Assembly: GCA_002269645.1 (NCBI GenBank)
Contig: NIVC01002343.1
Span: 1 to 64,000 of the forward strand
Source: Macrostomum lignano
Taxonomy: Eukaryota
Reading direction: 5' to 3'
Length of the DNA: 64,000 nt
A program made the position numbers and the translations under genes. The notes under the pieces are model-generated. The model did not search any database, was not told the origin of the DNA, and was given only the letters and a program-made list of their open reading frames with translations. The stretch's first letter is position 1; each line of letters opens with the position of its first letter. Positions 11,660 through 22,574 of the stretch are shown one piece after another.

Positions 11660-13382
11660 GGGAGCAGCTGCTTGCAACAAACACAAGTGAGCAGCTGCTT
11701 GCAACAAACACAAGTGAGCAGCTGCTTGCAACAAACACAAGTGAGCAGCTGCTTGCAACAAACACAAGTGAGCAGCTGCTTGCAACAAACACAACAGTGA
11801 GCAGCTGATTGCAACAAACACAAGTGAGCAGCTGCTTGCAACAAACACAACAGTGAGCAGCTGCTTGCAACAAACACAAGTGAGCAGCTGCTTGCAACAA
11901 ACACAACAGTGAGCAGCTGCTTGCAACAAACACAAGTGAGCAGCTGCTTGCAACAAACACAACAGTGAGCAGCTGCTTGCAACAAACACAAGTGAGCAGC
12001 TGCTTGCAACAAACACAACAGTGAGCAGCTGCTTGCAACAAACACAAGTGAGCAGCTGCTTGCAACAAACACAACAGTGAGCAGCTGCTTGCAACAAACA
12101 CAAGTGAGCAGCTGCTTGCAACAAACACAACAGTGAGCAGCTGCTTGCAACAAACACAAGTGAGCAGCTGCTTGCAACAAACACAAGTGAGCAGCTGCTT
12201 GCAACAAACACAAGTGAGCAGCTGCTTGCAACAAACACAAGTGAGCAGCTGCTTGCAACAAACACAAGTGAGCAGCTGCTTGCAACAAACACAAGTGAGC
12301 AGCTGCTTGCAACAAACACAACAGTGAGCAGCTGCTTGCAACAAACACAAGTGAGCAGCTGCTTGCAACAAACACAAGTGAGCAGCTGCTTGCAACAAAC
12401 ACAAGTGAGCAGCTGCTTGCAACAAACACAAGTGAGCAGCTGCTTGCAACAAACACAAGTGAGCAGCTGCTTGCAACAAACACAAGTGAGCAGCTGCTTG
12501 CAACAAACACAAGTGAGCAGCTGCTTGCAACAAACACAACAGTGAGCAGCTGATTGCAACAAACACAAGTGAGCAGCTGCTTGCAACAAACACAACAGTG
12601 AGCAGCTGCTTGCAACAAACACAAGTGAGCAGCTGCTTGCAACAAACACAACAGTGAGCAGCTGCTTGCAACAAACACAAGTGAGCAGCTGCTTGCAACA
12701 AACACAACAGTGAGCAGCTGCTTGCAACAAACACAAGTGAGCAGCTGCTTGCAACAAACACAACAGTGAGCAGCTGCTTGCAACAAACACAAGTGAGCAG
12801 CTGCTTGCAACAAACACAACAGTGAGCAGCTGCTTGCAACAAACACAAGTGAGCAGCTGCTTGCAACAAACACAACAGTGAGCAGCTGCTTGCAACAAAC
12901 ACAAGTGAGCAGCTGCTTGCAACAAACACAAGTGAGCAGCTGCTTGCAACAAACACAAGTGAGCAGCTGCTTGCAACAAACACAAGTGAGCAGCTGCTTG
13001 CAACAAACACAAGTGAGCAGCTGCTTGCAACAAACACAAGTGAGCAGCTGCTTGCAACAAACACAACAGTGAGCAGCTGCTTGCAACAAACACAAGTGAG
13101 CAGCTGCTTGCAACAAACACAAGTGAGCAGCTGCTTGCAACAAACACAAGTGAGCAGCTGCTTGCAACAAACACAAGTGAGCAGCTGCTTGCAACAAACA
13201 CAAGTGAGCAGCTGCTTGCAACAAACACAAGTGAGCAGCTGCTTGCAACAAACACAAGTGAGCAGCTGCTTGCAACAAACACAAGTGAGCAGCTGCTTGC
13301 AACAAACACAAGTGAGCAGCTGCTTGCAACAAACACAAGTGAGCAGCTGCTTGCAACAAACACAAGTGAGCAGCTGCTTGCA
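11660..13382. repeat. 22/25-bp satellite GAGCAGCTGCTTGCAACAAACACAA(CA)GT with a 745-bp higher-order duplication
   Basis: About 75 units; the rare variant GCAGCTGATT occurs at 11801 and 12546, 745 bp apart. Confidence 0.95.
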
Positions 13383-13450
13383 GCCCAACAGCGAGCAGCA
13401 CGCAGTCACAGATCGGACCCCAACAGGCTGTGCAGCCGAAAGCTGCTGGC

Positions 13451-14632
13451 TCAGGCGGCGGTGTCCCCAGTTTCCGCCGCGGCCGCGGGCGAAGCGGATT
13501 CAGCAGCGGGTGCGGCAGCAGCGACGGTTTCGGCTGCGGCGGCCTCTTCGGCGATGCCTGTGGAGGCGGCAGTTGGAGGAGCTTCTTCAGCCGCGCTGAC
13601 CGCGGCGTCGACCGGATCGACAGGCACAGCGGCGGCGTCGGGGACGTCGGCGGCAGCGACCTGCGAGTCTGCGGCGGCAGCTTCAACGGCAGCAGCAAAT
13701 CCCCCCGCTTCAGCATCCTCGGGCTGCTGCGCGATAACCGGCTTCACGTCCATCACCAGGGCGTCGGAGTCCACGGCGGCGGCCGCCTGCGGCTCCTCCA
13801 GCTGCTGCAGCTGCTGCGAGTCCTGCGGCAGCTCCTGGCCGGCGCTGGTGAGAATACCGGCCGCCGCCGCCTCCTCCGAGCTGTTGAAGAAGATCTGCAC
13901 CGCCTGCTGCTGCCCATTGGCGGATACGGCGGGCCCACCCGCAGCGCTGACAGGCAGCTGGATGACGTACTGCACCGGCGCCGCCACCGCTGCCTCCTGC
14001 ACCGCATCCTGCGACAGCTGCACCGCCTGCTGCTGCTGATGGTCCGCGGCCGACACTGCAGCACCCTGTGCGGCCTGCGGGGGCGGGATGGTTGGGTCGG
14101 GACGGACTGAAGATGGTACTGCGGGGGCGGGGATGGTTATGTCACCCATTCTCACCCACCCACTCACCCACTCACTCACTCACCCAACTCATTCATTCAC
14201 TCACCTGCTTGCCAGTCTCGGTTTGCCCGGCAGGCCGCATCTCCTCCCTTGGCACGATGTCGATGAGGAAGTCGAACTGGTCGGTGTCGGGGTCGCCGAC
14301 GCTCATGGCGATGTCGTTACGCTGCAGAGTCCGCCGCCTGGCCCGCTCGGTGTGCGCCCAGGCCCGGATGGTGAGCTCCCGGATGAAGATCTCAGCGGCC
14401 TTGGAGAACAGCAGCGGCGCCTCGGCGGCTATCATCATGCCCTTGACGTCATCGTCCAGCTTCATGATCTTCTTGATGCGCGCCAGCGGCAGCTCGGCGT
14501 TCTTGAAGGCGGACAGCTCGGGGGCATGGACTCGATGGCCCGCAGCTCGTGGTTCCAGAACAGCAGTACGCGGGCCTCGATTTCGTTGCGGGCGACGTCG
14601 CCGGCGCGGGCGCCTGAGTTCTGCTGGTGCTG
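13451..14632 (-). CDS. NFYC: Nuclear transcription factor Y subunit gamma; exons 14632-14205 and 14074-13451; apparent 1-nt deletion at 14520-14524; no own upstream ATG
   Basis: [65 protein letters not shown] histone fold; [11 protein letters not shown]-terminal helix lies in an adjacent frame; phase-0 intron CAG|GTGAGT..CCCCCGCAG|GCC; Gln/Ala-rich tail. Confidence 0.92.
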
Positions 14633-14663
14633 CTGCAGTGTGCGGGCAGGGCAGCTGCGGCTG

Positions 14664-14945
14664 ACTGCTCACAGTGGGATGAGCTGGGGATCTGACTGCT
14701 CACAGTGGGATGAGCTGGGGATCTGACTGCTCACAGTGGGTGAGCTGGGGATCTGACTGCTCACAGTGGGATGAGCTGGGGATCTGACTGCTCACAGTGG
14801 GATGAGCTGGGGATCTGACTGCTCACAGTGGGTGAGCTGGGGATCTGACTGCTCACAGTAGGATGAGCTGGGGATCTGACTGCTCAGTGGGGTCAGGTGA
14901 GGGCATCTGACTGCTCAGTGGGGTCAGCTGGGGGGGCATCTGACT
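14664..14945 (-). repeat. 31-bp minisatellite between LYRM7 and NF-YC
   Basis: Plus-strand unit GATGAGCTGGGGATCTGACTGCTCACAGTGG, about 8 copies. Confidence 0.9.
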
Positions 14946-15229
14946 CTCATCGGCCTAATGACCAATATGTATTGATAAAAAACAATCAGAGAAGCCGCCA
15001 ACATGACTAACAAAACGGAGCACGCGAAGCGGCCGTGATGCAGTGTAATTAGTGAACTGCCAGCCAGTGACAGACTGGCTGACTGCAAATGCGAAATCAA
15101 TCTAAGGCAGGCAGATCAATGGGAAGCCTCTACAGCTAAATGAATGACAAAAACAATTAGTCGAATACAAAAGCATTAGCAGATAGGGCTCTGCAGTCTG
15201 CAGCAATTCCAATGCGAGCATCTCCTCCC

Positions 15230-15592
15230 CTATCGGGACGAAGCCGCCCCGCCGCAGCCGCCAACCGAAGGCGCCTCCGTTGCCGGCGTTGCCGAAGGCG
15301 TCGGCGAGTCCTCCAGGTAGGTGTCCTCGCCCAGCTGCACACGGAAAGCGTCGCCCTCGGACTCCCTGGTTGCCCTGACAACGTGCGTCCTCAGCATTGC
15401 AGCGCAGTCCCTGGCAATCAGCAGCTGCTTGGCCACCGCCGCCGGGTCAGTCAGGGCTGCCTGCTCGCGGAAGCCAGTCCGGATGCGGTCGCCAACAATG
15501 CCAAGAGCGTAGGAGTCCCCAGCGAAGGTGACCTGGGCTGCCCGGTGCAGCGCCTTGTAGGCCTGCAGCACCGCCCTGCTTTGGCTGGCCAT
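15230..15592 (-). CDS. LYRM7: Complex III assembly factor LYRM7/MZM1-like
   Basis: VLQAYKALHRAAQVTFAGDSYAL..RIRTGF..MLRTHVV fits the LYRM7 pattern (VLQLFKTLHR..VFKND..AL..KI..EF..LLRTSV); ATG at 15592. Confidence 0.8.
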   Translation of the reverse strand: MASQSRAVLQAYKALHRAAQVTFAGDSYALGIVGDRIRTGFREQAALTDPAAVAKQLLIARDCAAMLRTHVVRATRESEGDAFRVQLGEDTYLEDSPTPSATPATEAPSVGGCGGAASSR

Positions 15593-16510
15593 TGGCTGCA
15601 GTGGTGCAGGCAGGGTAGCATGTGTGCCAGACAAAAAGTCTGTATGCATTCCATTGTATGTTTAACTCCTGTCCAACTTCCTATATTTCGATTATCTCTG
15701 GTCAGCTCAAAGTTGCTTGTCAATCTATTGGAAGCAACTGCAGAAACCACTCATAAATCTCAAAGGTACAAAAATATCTATAGGACTATTTAGGGATTCT
15801 TAATAGCATTGGATGCATCTAAAAAAGCATAGTTTCGGTATAGTCTAGTTAACTCTGCTTCTATTCAACATGTTGAACTCTTTTAATATGCATGCCTAGA
15901 AGTTACTAATTAGTGCTACATTTGCATTGTGTGCTTATCATTATTAATATTAGCAGCATCTATTCCACCTTTGTCTTGAATTGAAAAGTCATGTAGAAGC
16001 CATTTCTTAGACTATGAATACTGACTAAAGATAAATAACCATTGTATGTAAAATCAGTATTTGACCTAAAAATTGTTTCATTCTGGTTTTTATGCCTAGG
16101 AACTCTAACTTCAAGACTTTAATAGCATTGTCATTATTTAAAATTGAGTTTTTACAGAAAATTAAGTAGTAATTTTTGTTAAACTAAAAATTCCTATGGC
16201 TAGATCAGGGAATATATCCTAAAAAGCAATCTAGGTTATGTTTCTTAATAAAAAGAGCCATATATATATCACAACAAATTTTGATATTTTTTATCAAAGA
16301 TAGCTTTAAGACTACTTGGTTAAGATAGAATTCTTAGAGCAACATGCAAATGTGCATATTAGTTAAAAATAGAATGTGAACATTAGAACATATATAACCA
16401 TGTTGTATCATTTGCATACATTTAAAAATCAAAGCTAGGGATTTTGACTATGGCAAATAGCTTTTTTTTCACTCCTAAATCTTCTTGCCAATTGTATTCT
16501 ATTAAGACTA

Positions 16511-16822
16511 GGCCTAGCATACATGCGCAACCTCCAAAATTCAGTCGGCCATGCGACTTAGTTTTAACAAAAATGCGACGTAGTTTTTGGCCAAAATGCG
16601 ACTTACATGTAATTAAAAAAACCATACGCAAAATTAACGCAACTTTGGGTAAACGGCAGGAGTAACTATGACTGTCTTATTAGGTCAAAATGCCTCGTCA
16701 GCTACTTAGTAATACTACTTTGGTATTTTTTCGGATGGGCATTTTTGCGACTTCCTTGATTGGCTGCCAAATCGGTCGGCCGGATCGGCCGACTCGGCCG
16801 ACTGTTGCGCATGTATGAGGCC
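16511..16822. mobile_element. MITE-like element (about 310 bp)
   Basis: Perfect 14-bp inverted repeat CATACATGCGCAAC (16518-16531) / GTTGCGCATGTATG (16804-16817), each flanked by GGCC. Confidence 0.55.
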
Positions 16823-17448
16823 TAGGCCCTAGTTATTTGATCTAAGCAGTGCAAGCATGCAACTTTTTGCAAAGGTATATAATATAAGCATATATATACC
16901 TTTAAGAGTATATAAGCAAGCCTCTTTTCAATTGACTATATGCAAAAATGTGCAAAAACTTAACAAGTGCACACAAATGAATGATGATTTTTGTATAAGT
17001 TAATTATATCCCAATAAGACTATTGTTATACTATATTAGCGAAAAATGAATGAATATGATAGGTATAGACTAAATATCAGTTGCCTTCTATGAACATTTC
17101 TAAATCAAATAAAAAGCCATCAAGTTTAAATATAGTTTACAAACTAATTAGGACTTCAGAGCAACACTAATAATAATGTTAATAATAAAGATTTGTTTTA
17201 ATTGGCACTTGCAATTCTTAAAGCATTCTAGGCAATAATGAGTGTTAACATACATTGCACATTACTACACATGTTATTCTGCACATTATTCCACATATTC
17301 TATATGTTGTTCCGCATGTTATTTTGAACATTATTCCACATGTTTTTCCGCATGTTACTCAAAGTTACTGATCTATACTTTATTCTGCACATCTAATTTA
17401 TTTCTTTATTTATTATGCAATACTTGGTTTCCTCACTTATGTTTGATA

Positions 17449-18797
17449 CGAGGGTTGTCAGAAAAGTTCTATGTATATTGTAATAACTTGAGAACGATAA
17501 ACAGTAGAAACATGAAAAGTTACAAATGTCTTCCTTAACATCTATTCACTCAAAGTATGAGCCCTCAGCTTCAATGCACTTCTCCCAACGCCGCACCAGC
17601 CCGTCAATGCCTGTAGTCATGCAATTGTTCGTCACGGCGGCAATGCCAGCCTTGTAGGCCTGATTCACGTCTTCCTCTGTGCTGAAACGCTGACCTCGCA
17701 TCGACTCCTTGATGTGAGGGAAGAGGAAAAAGTCGCATGGACTTAAGTCCGGGGAATAAAGCGGATGCGGAAGAATTTCCCACCCCCACGACTCAATTGT
17801 AGCCAGCACGCTTTGCTTTCGGTGCGGGGCTGCGTTGTCGTGAAGCAGAATCGGGCCAGCTGCGTGAAGTGCAGGTCTTTTGTCCCGAATGGCATGCCGA
17901 ACTTTCACCAAAACCGACAGGTAGAAATCACCATTGACCGTCTGCCCCACTGGCACAGGCTGATCGAACAACAGACCCTCCCGGTCGAAGAAAGTCACGT
18001 GCATGACCTTCAGCTGGCCGATGCTCCGGATGGCCTTTTGAGGTCGCGGAGAACCTGGCCTGCACCAAGTGGCACTCTGCCGCTTCAACTCCGCCTCCCA
18101 AGAATGTGCCCAGGTTTTGTCATAGGCAACAATCCTTTGCAAGAACGCCATGCCCTCCCGCCGACACCGCTGCAGGTTGGATGCGCACATGGCGACCCGC
18201 CGAGCCCGCTGATCGTCAGTGAGCAGATGCGGCACCCACTTGGCACAGACCTTGCGCATCCCAAGGTCCTCAGTCAGGATCTTGTGGACTGAGTCGTGGG
18301 ACACCCCTATGGCATCAGTCAGCTGCCTGGTGGTCAGTCTCCGGTCCTGCAACACGGCTGCCTCCACCTGACTCACCAGGCTATCAGTCCGAGCACTTGT
18401 TGGTTGTCCACTACGTGGCTTGTCGTCGAGGTCTTCTTTACCGTTGTGAATGGCAATAGCCCAGCAGCGAATCGTCTTGTAAGATGGGCAAAAGTCTCCT
18501 ATGGTCTGCCGCATTTCTTCAAAAATCTCAGTTGCTGAACGCCCCTGAAGGACATGAAACTTGATGATCGCTCGATTGTTGCATTTAGAAAAACTCTCTC
18601 ATGGGACGGAATGTGCCATGGGTGTGGTTGAAAAATTACTGTCATTTTGGCTAGAAATGGTATGGTGCTCTAAAACTGAAGCTAGGCAGCTAGCGACTCT
18701 TTATATATGTATATATCTATGACTAAAACCCCAACTCTTCAGCTATTCATAGAGCTGAGCTATTCTCTAATACACAGAACTTTTCTGACAACCCTAG
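17449..18797 (-). mobile_element. Full-length mariner (DD34D) transposon, 1349 bp
   Basis: 28-bp TIRs CGAGGGTTGTCAGAAAAGTTCTATGTAT with 2 mismatches; TA duplications at 17447-48 and 18798-99. Confidence 0.95.
17546..18602 (-). CDS. Mariner transposase (about 350 aa), with one extra base just after the ATG at 18602
   Basis: WVPHLL, YDKTW, LHDNAAPH, YSPDLSPCD with exactly 34 residues between the 2nd and 3rd Asp; open frame from 18598 (ESFSKCNNRAIIKFHVLQGRSATEIF). Confidence 0.9.
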
Positions 18798-18883
18798 TAC
18801 TCAAAACCACCAAAGTATTGAAAATAAATAATATCCACCAAATCCCATATACTAAATGGTATGTTGGTATCCATCTATCAAAT

Positions 18884-19101
18884 ACCTGTATAACTTTCGC
18901 TGACACATTTTCAGACAGATCTTCCAACAATTTTTTACGACACTTAAAATATTGCAAAAAGTGTTGCAAAGTGTCAAAAAAGTGTCATAACAGGTGACAT
19001 TTGCCAACACATATTTTCCGACACTTTTTGCGACATTTTAAGTGTTGTAAAAAAGTGTCGGAAGATCTGTCTGAAAATGTGTTGGCGAAAGTTATACAGG
19101 T
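18884..19101. mobile_element. Mutator-like MITE (218 bp)
   Basis: About 67-bp TIRs (ACCTGTATAACTTTCGC.. / ..GCGAAAGTTATACAGGT) and a 9-bp direct repeat CTATCAAAT at 18875-18883 and 19102-19110. Confidence 0.85.
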
Positions 19102-21429
19102 CTATCAAATACCAGTTCTCTTAATTCAACTTACTAACTGCTTTGTTTATTTGATTTAACTTTGCTCATTTATGCATTTTTTTCATTTTTCGCTAGTTTA
19201 ACCAATATGGGTTTTTCTAATATTATAGTAGGGGGCCTATTTTTGTTCAAGTTTTGTTCGTTAAGCCTACTTTCTATTTCTATAAATTATTTACTATCTA
19301 TACTAAACACATCAAGACAATGACATTAAATACCTACTACTACAATCACAATAGGACAATTACTAGGACGAAGTACGAATTACGAAGTAATCAATTCTTT
19401 TCTCTTCCTCTGTAAAAAATAAAAAAGCAACTGTCGATCGATCGTGACAAATTATTAATATGAAAAATTTTAAACTTTTTAACTATTTAAAAATGTTTGT
19501 TTACTGTTTTTAGCAAAACTACAAACTATCTTAGGTAAAAAAGCAATTAATAATGATTTGTTACTTACAAAATAACGAATTAAAACAATTATTTATTAAT
19601 TGATAATTGAACTTAACGCAACTACCTCTTATAAATTTATCAGAAAAATAGACAATCGTAACCGAGAGCCTCTTCTCATGGCAATCGATTCCAGAACCAG
19701 AATCGGTTCGGATTTCCAAGAAAAAAAGCAATATAATTATTTACCTTTGTTGAATGTTTGACTGCCTTAACAGCCTCACTTTGCACAATTTTTCACTTTT
19801 TTCTTGGCTATTGCCATTCAATAAGAATAATCACAATTTTAAAGCACTAATATCCCTATAGTTTAGGAAACAAAAAGTTATACTTTACAAATTGGTGTGT
19901 TCTGGTCTGGTTCTAAAACTTGAACAAGCAATATGAAGAGCCTCACTAGTGTCATGTTAAATTATCAAGAATCTATGGAGACAAAAGGAATCTGAACTCA
20001 TAATGTATATTATCAATTGTTGGATTCAGATTTACAAAATAAAAAAGTACATATTCTTAGCTTTTGGCTTATAGCAATGAATAATGGTTTTGTTTGGGCC
20101 TAGCCATTGGCATCAGGCCATCGGGCTCAGCCCCCAGTCTGCCATGACTTGCCCCTCTCGGTTGTTCTGCAAATGTGTCCATGCAAAGACTAGGCCTAGG
20201 TGGTAGGCCCCTAGGCCCCTAGCTAAATCTCTTTGTCTGTGCAATATAGGCCTATAGCCTAACCACTTTGTAAAATAAAAAAACTTCTTGAACTGAAAAA
20301 TTTAGGCCTACTGTTGATGTATGTTAGTATGTAGGGCCTAATAATTTCATCTTATTATTGACAGGTATACAGTGCCTAGGCCTATCTATGCTTAAGTCTA
20401 TTATGGAAATGAATTTGAAGTTTCAATGTGTATGATCAGACTCAGTCACTTCTAGTCAAACAAAATAAAAATAAAAATGCCAATTGTGTGATAAATTTCA
20501 ACTTGGGTCTAGACTCTGTTGTGTCTACTGTACTAATTTTACCTATACTAGGCCTAGGGCCTATATAGGCCTCATAGTCGTAGTCTATTTATACTAAATA
20601 GAAAAAGCATAGGCCTAATTAAATAGCCTAGGGCCTAATAACTACTTTATTTAGAAGTTTAGAGCCTTTACTTCCTTTAATTCCTTGTAATGGGACCCAT
20701 TAAATGGGTTGCTTTCACAAGACCAAAATTTAATAACACTGATTATTAAAACCAAAAGACACCTACTAGCCTACCTGCCTTCATAAGACTAGTTTTATAG
20801 GACCAAAATTTTACAATGCCAAAAACTATAGCATGGTCTCTCATAGGAGTAGGGCCTAAGAGGCTAAGACCAATATTTTATAGGCCTAAGCCTAAAATTT
20901 CCTAAGACTAAAATTTTTGACATTCTAATTATATATTTGTATTTTGTAGCTTTGTAATTTGAGTTTTTGGCATTGTGAAATTTTGGTTAGGTCTAATTTT
21001 GGCATTCATTACCATTGGTTTTACAATCACTATGCAAAGTGAAAGTGATAATCACCAATATAAAGAATAAGAGAATCATTGAAAATAGCAACAATTTCTA
21101 GGCCAAATCTAGAATTTATGGTAGCATTTATATTATATCTATGTTCATAGATATTCAATTCCATATATTTTCTATAGGCACCTACAAGAAGGCAAAGCAA
21201 TTTCTATAAAGAGGCATTTATAGCTAATGTGTTCTTATTTTTAACCCTTCTTACCTTTAGTATACAATCATTCACATATAGTTTTCCCAATTAAATAATC
21301 AACCAAGCTGGGTAGCTACCCAGCTTCAGTTTAGAATCATCTGAAAAGGTGACAAACAATTAAAATGATCATTAATGAAAGCTGATATATATATGATCTA
21401 AGCAGGTTGTTTCTAACTTTTCTATACTT

Positions 21430-21820
21430 ACCTTTGCTTTATCAAGCAAGTAACTAGTAGCTATGCCAACTATGTCCATGGGGTTTAGTTTTGATTCTTC
21501 AAAGAAAGACTACTTTATTATTAGTAGTCACATGCTTTTCAAAAACCCCCAATAGAGATAATGCTGACTTTTTGCATCTAAAGACATATCTATCTGACTT
21601 TTACAAGCCTCATTTTTGAGCCACAGGTAGGACATAGAATGGTGTTGGCCAATAATCCCTCTAATTGCAAGAGGTTGATCCAATTCTCTTTATTAATGCA
21701 TTGCCAGGCCATTGAAGACACCAAATCTGTGATGGCAATAAGTCTTTTTTTGAGGAGAGAAAATTCCAGGCTTTCATTTTTACAATCCCCCTTTTTAGAT
21801 GCTTGCTTGGAATATGCCAT
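21430..21820 (-). pseudogene. Decayed Merlin/IS1595-like transposase N-terminal fragment
   Basis: LLQLEGLLANTILCPTCGSKMRLVK, then SDRYVFRCKK and SFFEESKL in shifted frames, matching the CPxCGxxM..WRC..SFFExSKL pattern. Confidence 0.55.
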
Positions 21821-22084
21821 TTTAATGTTTTTAATGATTTAATGTTTTCATGTTTTTAACTATTTTTAATGTTGAGATTCAGTAATTTTGTATGGTGACC
21901 ATAAACCAAAATCCAAATTTTGAAATGATTGTAAACCAAAGGAATGCTGAAATTTTGATCTTATTAGGGGCCTTGTATATTGATTTTTCTATTATATAAA
22001 ATTTCAGTCTTATGAAGTTTTAATTTTATTCAAAATGATGTTTTGAATTGTGAAATTTTGGTGTTCTTACTTGTAGTACCTCTG

Positions 22085-22548
22085 ATAAAGTGTAGCAGTT
22101 CCCATTGCTCATAAAAGCAACAGGAAAGTGTAGCAGTTCCCATTGCTCATAAGTGACAGGAAAGTGTAGCAGTTCCCATTGCTCATAAGTGACAGGAAAG
22201 TGTAGCAGTTCCCATTGCTCATAAGTGACAGGAAAGTGTAGCAGTTCCCATTGCTCATAAGTGACAGGAAAGTGTAGCAGTTCCCATTGCTCATAAGTGA
22301 CAGGAAAGTGTAGCAGTTCCCATTGCTCATAAGTGACAGGAAAGTGTAGCAGTTCCCATTGCTCATAAGTGACAGGAAAGTGTAGCAGTTCCCATTGCTC
22401 ATAAGCGACAGAAAAGTGTAGCAGTTCCCATTGCTCATAAAAGCTACAGAAAAGTGTAGCAGTTCCCATTGCTCATAAAAGCTACAGAAAAGTGTAGCAG
22501 TCCCCATTGCTCATAAAAGCCACAGGAAAGTGTAGCAGTTCCCATTGC
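22085..22548 (+). repeat. 36-bp minisatellite directly upstream of the DnaJ gene
   Basis: GTGACAGGAAAGTGTAGCAGTTCCCATTGCTCATAA, about 13 copies. Confidence 0.95.
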
Positions 22549-22574
22549 TCAAATCTTTGCATGCAGAAGCAGCA

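Noticed and set aside
11596-13716. Long ORFs (706, 588, 568 aa) with repeating LLQAAAHLC/CCKQLLTC
   Set aside because: Products of a stop-free satellite that is open in several frames at once; the part beyond 13450 overlaps the real NF-YC exon in another frame.
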